Assembly (NCBI RefSeq): GCF_963921235.1
Contig: NC_086097.1
Coordinates: 169,200,001 to 169,264,000 of the forward strand
Direction of reading: 5' to 3'
DNA length: 64,000 bases
Origin: Mobula hypostoma
Lineage: Eukaryota
Position numbers and translations under genes: made by a program. The notes under the pieces were generated by a model. That model saw only the letters and a program-made list of their open reading frames with translations, ran no database searches and was not told the origin of the DNA. Shown here in pieces: positions 50,546 to 61,365 of the stretch. The first letter of the stretch is position 1; the number at the start of each line of letters is the position of its first letter.

Positions 50546-50943
50546 GCGCCTCTTCCTATAGATGCTGCTTGGCCTGCTGCGTTCACCAGCAACTTTGATG
50601 TATGTTACTTTATTAATCCACCTACAGAAATTGACATCCTATCTCTACTATCTTCTATCTCCAAAGTCTCAACAATTTGCAGATCACAAACTGACCCAAA
50701 CCTCCGTGAAACATAGTTATAATCTTGTCAGACCATATGGCAATGGAAATCTCAGACCTTTATGAATTTATCTGTGTGGATATCCTGATTTAACAAAAAC
50801 AACTTTCTAAAATTCAGATTTAAATTCAAGTGATGGGATGGTGCATAAAGAGATAATTTGCAGTCTAGTTATCTACAGACATAATGGAAATCCAAAAAAT
50901 ATATACCCTCCCTACCCCCTAATCATTATTCTCCCTACTTTAC

Positions 50944-51139
50944 CTGAACTAGACCCTGGTGATATTGAGGGAAAATTTATAGTTTGGTTCTTTATCTTCA
51001 ATTTTGTAGGTGTAGACTTTAATTGGATCTTTGCTGTATGACGGTAAGGTGTCCAAGGTTCCATGCACACTGCTGCTTCTGGGCTTTGTACAGTTGCACA
51101 ATTGTCAATCATGGCACCTTGAATTTCGACCTTTATTAA
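50944..51139 (-). CDS. CEP192: CEP192-like exon (196 nt)
   Basis: attttcag|TTA...TCA G|gtaaag; LIKVEIQG...KLKIKNQTINFPSISPGSSS; phase 0 to 1 joins both neighbours. Confidence 0.88.
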
Positions 51140-51256
51140 CTGAAAATAAAATAAAAATGAAATTAAGAATTAGGTAGCATTTAATACTGCAATACAAGAT
51201 GTTTATGTCTTCAAAATCCTTCTGCAATCTGAAAAGCCATATTTAATTTACAGAAA

Positions 51257-52882
51257 CACACATCACAGTTGCTGGTGAACACAGCAGGCCAGGCAGCATC
51301 TCTAGGAAGAGGTACAGTCGACGTTTCAGGCCGGGACCCTTCATCAGGACGAACTGAAGAAAGAGCTAGTCAGAGATTTAAAGGTGGGAGGGGGAGGGGG
51401 AAATCCAAAATGATAGGAGAAGACTGGAGGGGGAGGGATGGAGCCAAGAGCTGGACAGGTGATTGGCAAAAAAGATATGAGAGGATCACGGGACAGGAGG
51501 CCCAGGGAGAAGGAAAAGGGGGAGGGAGGGGAAAAAACCCAGAGGATGGGCAAGGGGTATAGTCAAAGGGACAGAGGGAGAAAAAGGAGAATGAGAGAAA
51601 GAATGTGTGTATATAAATAACGGATGGGGTACGAGGGGGAGGTGGGGCATTAGCGGAAGTTAGAGAAGTCAATGTTCATGCCATCAGGTTGGAGGCCACC
51701 CAGATGGAATATAAGGTGTTGTTCCTCCAAACTGAGTGTGGCTTCATCTTTACAGTAGAGGGGGCCATGGATAGACATGTCAGAATGGGAATGGGATGTG
51801 GAATTAAAATGTGTGGCCACTGGGAGATCCTGCTTTCTCTGGCGGACAGAGCGTAGGTGTTCAGCAAAATGATCTCCCAGTCTGCGTCGGATCTCGCCAA
51901 CATATAGAAGGCCACATCGGGAGCACCGGACACAGTATATCACCCCAGCCGACTCACAGGTGAAGTGTCGCCTCACCTGGAAGGACTGTCTGGGGCCCTG
52001 AAAGGTGGTGAGGAAGGAAGTGTAAGGGCATGTGTAGCACCTGTTCCTCTTACAAGGATAAGTGCCAGGAGGGAGATCAGTGGGGAGGGATGGGGGGAAT
52101 GGATGGACAAGGGAGTCATGTAGGGAGCGATCCCTGTGGAAAGCAGAAAGGTGGGGGGGGGGGAGGGAAAGATGTGCTTGGTGGTGGGATTCCGTTGGAG
52201 GTGGCGGAAGTTACGGAGAATAATATGTTGGACCCGGAGGCTGGTGGGGTGGTAGGTGAGGACCAGGGGAACCCTATTCCTAATGGGGTGGCAGGAGGAT
52301 GGAGTGAGAGCAGATGTTCATGAAATGGGGGAGATGCGTTTGAGAGCAGAGTTGATGGTGGAGGAAGGGAAGCCCCTTTCTTTAAAAAAGGAGGACATCT
52401 CCCTCGTCCTGGAATGAAAAGCCTCATCCTGAGAGCAGATGCGGCGGAGACGGAGGAATTGCGAGAAGGGGATGGCATTTTTGCAAGAGACTGGGTGAGA
52501 AGAGGAATAGTCCAGATAGCTGTGATAGTCAGTAGGCTTATAGTAGACATCAGCAGATAAGCTGTCTCCAGAGATAGAGACAGAAAGATCTAGAAAGGGG
52601 AGGGAGGTGTCGGAAATGGACCAGGTAAACTTGAGGACAGGGTGAAAGTTGGAGGCAAAGTTAATAAAGTCAACAAGCTCAGCATGCATGCAGGAAGCAG
52701 CGCCAATGCAGTCGTCGATGTAGTGAAGGAAAAGTGCAGGACAGATATCAGAATAGGTGCAGAACATAGATTGTTCTACCTCTTCCTAAAGATGCTGCCT
52801 GGCCTGCTGCGTTCACCAGCAACCTTGATGCGTGTTGCTTGAATTTCCAGCATCTGCAGAATTCCTCATGTTTGCGTTTTTG
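51257..52882 (-). mobile_element. Penelope-like element copy 4 (different subfamily, inverted short pseudo-LTR at right end)
   Basis: HYIDD, LPFLDL, GVIY...LYVGE; plus-strand terminal piece from about 52777; 11-bp TSD ATTTACAGAAA (51246-51256 and 52883-52893). Confidence 0.93.
51316..51351 (-). ncRNA. Hammerhead motif, CUGAUGA variant
   Basis: CGTC-CTGATGA-AGG gtcccgg CCT-GAAA-CG-TC-GACT. Confidence 0.78.
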
Positions 52883-53754
52883 ATTTACAGAAATGTCATT
52901 CTTGATACAAATTGGCAATATTGCAAACAGCAATAACCAACCCAGACTCAGAACAGCACAAAAGCATATAATGTGTTCTGCAGAGTCTTTACTTCTAAAT
53001 TAAATATAAAATCTGTGTTACTCTATTTTTATCCCACATTTCACAATTCTATACATTACACTCCATTTTCCTACCATTTCACTAAGAATAATACTTACAG
53101 AAATCTCTCTCAAATCTACTGCTTCGTTATCTTTTCTGCATGAAAAAAAAGGATATATCGCAATCTGCAGTATTTAGCATTCTTGTTTCCTGGGTGATTT
53201 CATTTGCCACTGAATTGAGAAGCTTTTCTTTACGATGTCGAATTTCAAAATTCATTAAAACATTTTCTAACCTCTTGACCTCTACTCCACAAAAAAATTA
53301 CTAACAGTATTCACAACCATCCCATCAACTCTCTCACCTTACATAGCTTCACTGCTCCCAATTTTATCTGACATTACCACATATCCAATTATATTCTCCT
53401 TCCAACTTCCCTTTTCATGGATAAAGTTCAAGATCACCTACAACTGCAATTTCAAACCTTTTACTAATCACCTTTTGATCCCATTTTCAATACCTTTCTA
53501 AATATTTGTTCAATCACATCCTTGATTCTAATTTTGATGGCATTGTTCAGTTAAACAAAATTGGTTGAAAGCTAATTGCATTTGTAGGCAAAAATACCCC
53601 AACGTATTTCATCCATGTTTAATTAGCTAAAACCAAGTTAAACAAAAGAAGGTGGTTTTAGGATAAGTGACCAAAATTTGCTTGATTGTTTTAAAGAGAT
53701 TCTTAAGGGATAGAAAGACACAGGAAAGGCAATACTTCACCTGCAAGTATCCTA

Positions 53755-54135
53755 AGAATATAGAACAGTGCAGTACAAGAACAGATACTTCTCCACCAGA
53801 GTCAAAAAATAAAATCTAGCCAACCCCATCTGCCTAGATACGGGATATACCCTTCTATTCCCTGCCTGTCGATGAGCCTGTCTGCCTCTTCTACTTCCCC
53901 AATAGTGTGCTCCAGGCAATGATCAATGCCTCTCATAATTTTATAAACTTCTATCAGATCACCCATCAGTTTCTGATATTGCAGAGAATACAATCCAAAT
54001 TTGCTCAACCTCCCAGAGCTAATAATCTCCAATCCAGGCAACATCTTGATTAACCATGCATTTCTAATACAATTGAAATAAAGTAATATGTAGCCCTTTG
54101 TAAATATGAGGACCAAATGCATACAAACATATTAC
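53755..54135 (-). mobile_element. Degraded CR1 3' fragment
   Basis: GLYSL...GDLIEVYKIMRGID motif. Confidence 0.75.
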
Positions 54136-54303
54136 CCAAAAGGAATCGCTGCATCATTAAGGTTCTCATCAAATCTGCTTTAATTGGCTGATCAAATTGC
54201 TAACTTTAACCGGAACAGACACCTGTCTAGAGTAAAAAAGTTTTTTACAAAACCCAATCCCCATTAAAAACATTGTTAACAGCCAAATTAAATTATTTCC
54301 TAC

Positions 54304-54403
54304 CTCTTCCGTGTTGTCACAGTGCACATAAAGATGTCCTGTTCGTGAGACAGATGTTTTAGCAATGAGAGGTTTTAGACACACAAGAATTAACATGTGG
54401 CTC
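54304..54403 (-). CDS. CEP192: CEP192-like exon (100 nt)
   Basis: ttctatcag|G...GAG|gtagga; SHMLILVCLKPLIAKTSVSRTGHLYVHCDNTEE, similar to SKLQILV...SGLIYIHCDD; phase 2 to 0. Confidence 0.88.
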
Positions 54404-55552
54404 CTGATAGAAAAATAAAGTTTATTTTCCACTGTGACAAATCAAAGGATTTTCTAGATTTATATATTTTTGACAATCTTAAGTAATGGAACATCAAATA
54501 ACTGCTTTCAATGTACATATAATGTAGCAACAGGAAACAATGAATAACATCCTTAAACATCATTTTACCTTTTGTATAAATGACCCAAAAAAAATCTGCT
54601 CACAGTACATGCTTAATTCTCAAAATAAAAGCTCCCGCAATGGAAGCAGCCCACTGCATTATAGCTTCCATAGTAACTACAAAATAAAATTCTGAGGAAA
54701 ATTGACTCTGGTTCACTTATCGACAACTTAAAGTTTCAGGTAAAATTTACAGACGATGGGGACTGTGCAATTGGTTTATTATCACGTGCAAGATGAAGTG
54801 AAAACCTTTTGCTTACATGCCATCCAGACAGATCAAACACAAGTACTTTGAGGCAGTACATAAGGAACAACAACAACATCATAATACATAATATAGTGTT
54901 ACAGCTACAGACAAAGTGAAGTACAGATAGACAAATGAGACGCAGGAGCCATAACAAGGTAGACTGGTGCGTTAATAGGTGCTGAAACTAACTCTACTGT
55001 AATTCAGGGACAAACTTTTTAAAAAACAAACATCCAGATGAACTCAAAGGGTTGGGTAGCACTGGTGGGAGGAAAAGTAGTTGACATTTCAGGTTGAAAA
55101 CCTGCAAAAAATCTGATGCAGCTGGTACAGGGTTTTGGGCTGAAACTTCAACAATTTCTTTTCTCTCTCAAATGCTGTTCATCGACCTGCTAAATTTCTC
55201 AAGATTCCAGTACCTGCAGTCTTTTGGGTCTCCAAATGTTTTAATCCAGTGGTTAAAGACAAAATCTATTTCTCACTTGAATTGTTAGGTTTTTTGACAG
55301 GAATAACTCAAGTGTTGGACAAAGACTGAATGGTAGCCTTCAGAAAGTAGAGAAGTTTTCAAAGCAGAGGGAAAAATAAATTTCAAGATTTTAAAGTTTC
55401 AGGTTATGTATTTGGCAATTTAAAAAATAATTTTGTAATTGCCTTCTGCATACAATTTAAACAAGTTGATGCTAAAGAATGCAAAAATATAATTACAATA
55501 CTCAGTCAAGGCTACAGGTTGCTGTGAACAAAGTCAAGTGAGTAAATCAATT

Positions 55553-56728
55553 AACACACATAAAAGTTGCTGGTGAATGCAGCAGGCCAGGCAGCATCTC
55601 TAGGAGGAGGTACAGTCAACGTTTCGGGCCGAGACCCTTCGTCAGGACTAACTGAAGGACGAGTGAGTAAGGGATTTGAAAGTTGGAGGGGGAGGGGGAG
55701 ATCCAAAATGATAGGAGAAGACAGGAGGGGGAGGGATAGAGCCAAGAGCTGGACAGGTGATAGGCAAAAGGGGATACAAGAGGATCATGGGACAGGAGGT
55801 CCGGGAAGAAAGACAAGGTGGGGGGGGACCCAGAGGATGGGCAAGGGGTATATTCAGAGGGACAGAGGGAGAAAAAGGAGAGTGAGAGAAAGAATGTGTG
55901 TATAAAAATAAGTAACAGATGGGGTACGAGGGGGAGGTGGGGCATTAGCGGAAGTTAGAGAAGTCGATGTTCATGCCATCAGGTTGGAGGCTACCCAGAC
56001 GGAATATAAGGTGTTGTTCCTCCAACCTGAGTGTGGCTTCATCTTTACAGTAGTGTAGGCCGTGGATAGTCATGTCAGAATGGGAATGGGATGTAGAATT
56101 AAAATGTGTGGCCACTGGGAGATCCTGCTTCCTCTGGCGGACAGAGCGTAGGTGTTCAGCAAAGCGGTCTCCCAGTCTGTGTCGGGTCTCGCCAATATAT
56201 AAAAGGCCACATCGGGAGCACCGGACGCAGTATATCACCCCAGCCGACTCACAGGTGAAGTGTTGCCTCACCTGGAAGGACTGTTTGGGGCCTGAATGGT
56301 GGTAAGGGAGGAAGTGTAAGGGCATGTGTAGCACTTGTTCCGCTTACACGGATAAGTGCCAGGAGGGAGATCAGTGGGGAGGGATGGGGGGGACAAATGG
56401 ACAAGGGAGTCGCGTGGGGAGCGATCCCTGTGGAATGCAGAGAGGAGAGAGTGGGGAGGGAAAGATGCGCTTAGTGGTGGGATCCCGTTGGAGATGGCGG
56501 AAGTTACGGAGAATAATATGTTGGACCCGGAGGCTGGTGGGGTGGTAGGTGAGGACCAGGGGAACCCTATTCCTACTCCATCCGCCCGCCACTCCACTCC
56601 ACTCCAAGGGTCTCGGCCTGAAACGTCGACTGCACCTCTTCCTAGAGATGCTGCCTGGCCTGCTGCGTTCACCAGCAACTTTTATGTGTGTTGCTTGAAT
56701 TTCCAGCATCTGCAGAATTCCTGTTGTT
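55553..56728 (-). mobile_element. Penelope-like element copy 5 (inverted short pseudo-LTR at right end)
   Basis: GIY-YIG ORF 55945-56334; filler (ACTCC)n at the junction; imperfect 14-bp TSD TGAGTAAAYCAAYT (55539-55552 and 56729-56742). Confidence 0.92.
55614..55649 (-). ncRNA. Hammerhead motif variant (GUU triplet)
   Basis: AGTC-CTGACGA-AGGGTCTCGGCCC-GAAA-CG-TT-GACT. Confidence 0.75.
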
Positions 56729-57209
56729 TGAGTAAACCAACTGATGGAAGAACAGGAACCAAACACTGGCCCAAATTGTGAGATAGAAAAAGGAGTGAGG
56801 TAATGAACATTTACTCATACTAGGGGCAACTCATAACACCTTCCAGTGGCTGTGATCACATAAATGGCACAGAGAGAAAAGGGCAAACTTCCATCCCTTG
56901 AGGATATTGGTGAAATGAAAATTCAGCAGTTTCAGGAGTTGCATATTCTTTTTGTTTCCCGGTGTCATAGCTAGATTGGAATTAATTTCTCAACATCTTT
57001 AATTCTCATTTTAGGAATATATTATACATATGCCTTTTCATTAACAACAATCTACTGAACTACTGCTGGAAATATGGGAAGCAGTTAGCAAAAGAACATG
57101 TAGATACTATGGGGTGGGGTGAAGGGAAGGAGAATCATCAATACATTAAATTAGAGAGATAAGCCTTTGAAGATGCATTTAATTGTTGCATAAATGAGCT
57201 TTTACCTAC

Positions 57210-57327
57210 TCTGGATCAAGAACTCCATGCTGGGGTGTCACTGTTAATGAGTGTGCTGGCCAGGAAAGTTCAAAAGACAAAGATCGAGTGGAATGGTTTA
57301 TGATCTGCATTCTCTCTGCAAAACCAT
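57210..57327 (-). CDS. CEP192: CEP192-like exon (118 nt)
   Basis: ttattatag|AT...GA|gtaggt; GFAERMQIINHSTRSLSFELSWPAHSLTVTPQHGVLDP(E), similar to FELCWPAHCLTVTPQHG. Confidence 0.93.
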
Positions 57328-58574
57328 CTATAATAAAATAGTAACCAAACAAAGCTATTAAAATGTTTTTAATCTAGTTCTCAAATTTACATTGCTAGAA
57401 TGTATTAGTACTCCGATTACCTAGAGTGTGTATACACGCACTTAATACATTGCAAACATTGAGAATTATATTACTTTCCAAATTAAGCTGTTGCTCACAT
57501 TTCAACATTCTATTAAATCCATCACTCTATTGCAGTTAAGGTTGTCATAATTCTTAAACACAGTCTATGTACTTGGTATATTCATTCCTCTGGAGAACAA
57601 GTGGAGACATTCTGCAATCTCCAAAGAGTCACTTATCATGATCAATGTGGCTATCAAATTAACAAGAATGGATGGTATTTTCATCAACACGCACACCTAA
57701 TCAGATCTTCTAGTCTGGGCTGCAATAACTCATTTCTTCTTGCTTATTGAAGCATGAAAGATCATAAACTTTGCTCAACAGTTACATATTTTGGGCCATC
57801 ATTGGAGGACAACTAATGCTTTGAAGTTTCATGAGAGCTGAAAAAACATGTGGAGTTAAATACAGATCACTTTTAATAATACATTAATTCAGTTACCATG
57901 TGTGATATTCCCCTTGCCATTACTTGTCTTTTTAGTTCTTTGTCCCAATCATTCTTCAGCCTCATCCTACTGAAACTCAGAAACTCGATGTCACATCTTT
58001 CCACCTGACAAACAATGGACTCGCCCATTTCAATTCTACCCTCCCGCTCCACACCCCTCATACAGCTAATGCTGCGAATCACTCTGCTGTTGCCAGTTAT
58101 TGCTTGACCTGGCCCAACTAGCTGAACCACCCCCCGCAACCTCCCATCATAAATCTCTGTTTTATGATCATTCCCCTTTAATTATTCAATCCCTTATTGC
58201 TTTTCATCAGCTTTCATTTGTTTTAATCTATTCCACAATTTCCGTGTTTATGAATGCTCTTTAAAAACTTTCCAATGAATCAGAATCAGGATCAGAATGA
58301 AAGGCTTTTGTGCCAAAATGTTAACTGTCTGGACACATATCTCCTCTGATAGTTTCAAATTCACAGCATCTGCAGTACTTTATCTTTACCTTTACTGGGA
58401 AAAGGAAATAGTACTTTAATGGACATTATTTTGAGGAATGTATGTAATAAGGTGGCCCATCGTTTCTAGCTGATGGAATAAACGAATTGTTAAGTGATGA
58501 GTGTTAACATGAAGCCTTCAATTAATGCATCTTTCCTTGTTTAACCAAGACATTCCAATATGGCACATACTCAC

Positions 58575-58753
58575 CCACTGATGGTATCGTAAGAATTAAA
58601 TGCTTAGGCCGCACTGTCCATGACTTTGGTTTCAGTAACTGGTTTTGTACTTTATTTGAAGTATGCAAAAATAATGGAAAGCTTTGTAGTTCACTCATTG
58701 CACGAAAATCCAACGTGGAATTGGCCGGATCCCTTTCTGAGGTTCCCAGCACA
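58575..58753 (-). CDS. CEP192: CEP192-like exon (179 nt)
   Basis: attgtag|T...GTG G|gtgagt; ends SWTVRPKHLILTIPSV, similar to PWTVLPEHLILVAPS. Confidence 0.88.
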
Positions 58754-58905
58754 CTACAATAAAATTACAATCAGATCACTTACCAAATAGTTTCAGTTAC
58801 ATCAAAATATTCTTCAGATGAACATTGAATTTAAATTAACAAATGCATGATTAACCATTATTCTAATTTTAAATTTTGAATTGTTTCTTCAAATTCTGCA
58901 GATAC

Positions 58906-59059
58906 CTTTCTGAACAAAGACTCATCCCAAGGGAAGATGAAAATGAATCCAAGTCTTCTGTATCATTTGGATCAGTCAGTGGAGATATCTTAGTTCGATA
59001 GTGAGCTCGGTGGTGATTTGGTGTCTTTAATTGTTTGTAGATAGCACGGAAGCAAAAAT
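58906..59059 (-). CDS. CEP192: Probable CEP192-like exon (154 nt), poorly conserved linker
   Basis: ctattacag|AT...AG|gtatct; open frame FCFRAIYKQLKTPNHHRAHYRTKISPLTDPNDTEDLDSFSSSLGMSLCSE; phase-2 end matches the next exon; no clear homology recognised. Confidence 0.6.
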
Positions 59060-60134
59060 CTGTAATAGATCATGTATTTCTTTAATTTCATACAACAATA
59101 GTTTCAGTGTTTTGAAATAAACTGCATTTATATGTGGTATAATCAAGTACAATTACATTGCTCAACAAATCCTTGAACAAAAGTGATCAGCGTGGAGAAG
59201 GAAGTCTCCAGCCAAAGGAAAGGACACCGTATATTATAATCCTACCACAACATTGACATCAGCTGAAAAAGGTTAATTGCAGTGGTGCGCTCACAGACAA
59301 TTCATCTGCTCAGGAAGTACATTTCCTCTGAGGATTTAGCTGAAGGGAGGCATCTTCATCCCTGAAGTCAAAGAAGATAGCATTTAGCTATCTCCACATA
59401 ACAAAAACCATGTACAGAAATATCGATGATCAAACTGGGCACCAGACTCCTGGTAGAAATTTGGCCAAACTATGCAACATCTTCAGTAACTGTGCAGATG
59501 GTTACATGGCTGTTCACCTGATCTGACTTGGAGCTATCCATTACAAGATAAACTTCCCGTTCTGTATTCTAAACGTCTGTAGACAGATCTTCTCAGACCA
59601 CCATCTGGTTTTAGATTTTTGTTGCTGAATAATTGAAATCTTGATTCCTGCTTGGAAGTGATCCAGGAAAAGATGCTACAAGATCCACATTCTGCTCCGT
59701 GAAGTAGGGCGAGGCCCAAAAATTCTAGCAGTCCCACAAAGGGATTTCTGCTTTAAAACAAAATCCTTCTCATGTCAGTACTGAATGGTTCTTATTCTGA
59801 GAGAGTGACTCAGCTCTTGACACCTCAGATGGGGGAAAACATCAGAGACCAATGCACAGGAACAGGCCTCTTGGTCCACAATGTCTGCACCAAACTCAAT
59901 TACACATTATTCTATCAAGCCCCATAAAAATTCTGCATCTTAATAAGATCATCTCACATTCTTACAAATAATGAAGGAAAATAGACTTGGTTTGCTTAAT
60001 CTCTTCTCATACATCCTACCCATCATCCCAGAAATTTTTTTGGTTAACCTTCACAGCATTCGCTCAATTGTAAGTAAGGACTTGTACAGAGCATTTCAGA
60101 TGCCATTGCCCTAGGCTCACTACAAATGCAGTAA

Positions 60135-60627
60135 AGCCTGATTTATACCTCTGTGTCAACGTGACGCCGTAACCTACACAAGTGGCCTATGTGCATTGTG
60201 AGCATTTATACTTGCGCGTTGGTGTGTCTGCGTTGCTCTGCAATTCGCACACGTCACGCATGCGCACACACCTGCCCGCACAAGTCTTCATGGTCATGGC
60301 AGTCTTTCTTGGGGTAAACAGGAAGCGAGTGTCTTTTTTCGTAAAAGCGAAATGTGTCCTCCATAATTTCGGAGGTCTGTAAAGCTTTATGGAAAGCATT
60401 GCAGCCAGAGTTCCTTCCCTGCCCTTCAGTCGCCCAATAGGAAGCTATTGCAGCATAGGATGAAATGCGATGATACCAAGCGGACCAATCACAGCTGTTG
60501 CATTCTGCGTTGCCGCGACGCACGGTTACATTTTGGGAGAGGTGCGCGTTGCAGCAACGCAGGCTTTCGCGTAGGGTTCCGCGTCAGCTTTGCAGCGATG
60601 CGTTGACGCAGAAGTATAAATCAGGCT
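60135..60627. mobile_element. PIF/Harbinger-type MITE (493 bp)
   Basis: TIRs AGCCTGATTTATACYTCTGYGTCAACG at both ends; TAA/TTA flanks; non-coding, CpG-rich. Confidence 0.82.
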
Positions 60628-60721
60628 TTAGACAACTATTTGTATTCAAATTCTCTTGCAATAAAAGACCAACATACTATTGATCTTCCCAATTGCTCGT
60701 TGAATCTGCTTATCAATTTAA

Positions 60722-60950
60722 ATACAAGAGATTTTGCAGTTGCTGGAAATCCAGAGCAACACATATAAAATGCTGTGAGGAACTCAGAAGGTCAGGCAGC
60801 ATCTATGGAAAGGAAAAAAAAAAATCAACATTTTGGGCTGAGACCCTTGAAGGGTTCTGATAAGTCTCAGCCTGAAATATCAACTGTTTTTTCCCTTTCC
60901 TTAGATGCTGTCAGACCTGCTGAGTTCCTCCAGCAGATTGAATGTGTTCT
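60722..60950. mobile_element. Fold-back non-autonomous element derived from Penelope pseudo-LTR ends
   Basis: GAGGAACTCAG..GGTC.GGCAGCATCTA on the left and its reverse complement on the right, with degenerate hammerhead halves in the centre. Confidence 0.7.
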
Positions 60951-60984
60951 CTGCATATTAACTTTCAGTGACTTTTGTACAAAA

Positions 60985-61122
60985 CGTAAGAGCAGAAGTC
61001 AGTCACCTGGCCTGTCGAGTCTGCTCCGCCATTCAATAAGATCATGTCTGATCTAGCCATGGACTCATCTCCACCTACCTCCCTTTTTCTCATAACCCTT
61101 AACACCCCTATTATGCAAAAAT
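60985..61122 (-). mobile_element. CR1 3' UTR fragment
   Basis: GAGCAGAAGT...TCGAGTCTGCTCCGCCATTC, as in other CR1 3' ends in the window. Confidence 0.75.
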
Positions 61123-61365
61123 ACCCGGTCCCTTCAGAACAAAAATTCCCTTTCAATTTCTCATCATTTAAGATATACTCCATTATTCTAGGTAAGATGG
61201 GCCCTTTGATTAAGGAGCTTCAACCAAGAAAAGCTTATGGATTAACACACTCAAATAAATTGAACACATTCTTCAAAGTAAGGCTGCTCTCTTTATCTGT
61301 CTAACTTTTTGTTATTTTTGAGCTTTTCTCCAAAGCCACCAGGAAGGATGAGGGCATAAAAGAAG

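Larger units (their letters stand above)
47860..50606. mobile_element. Penelope-like element copy 3: two long arms in inverted orientation
   Basis: Minus arm 47860 to about 49303, AT-rich filler, plus arm about 49335-50606; 13-bp TSD ACTTTATTAATCC (47847-47859 and 50607-50619); GIY-YIG ORFs on both strands. Confidence 0.95.

Noticed and set aside
59534..59737. 67-aa minus-strand ORF as a possible CEP192 exon
   Set aside because: No recognisable similarity, and an in-frame stop lies before any good donor.
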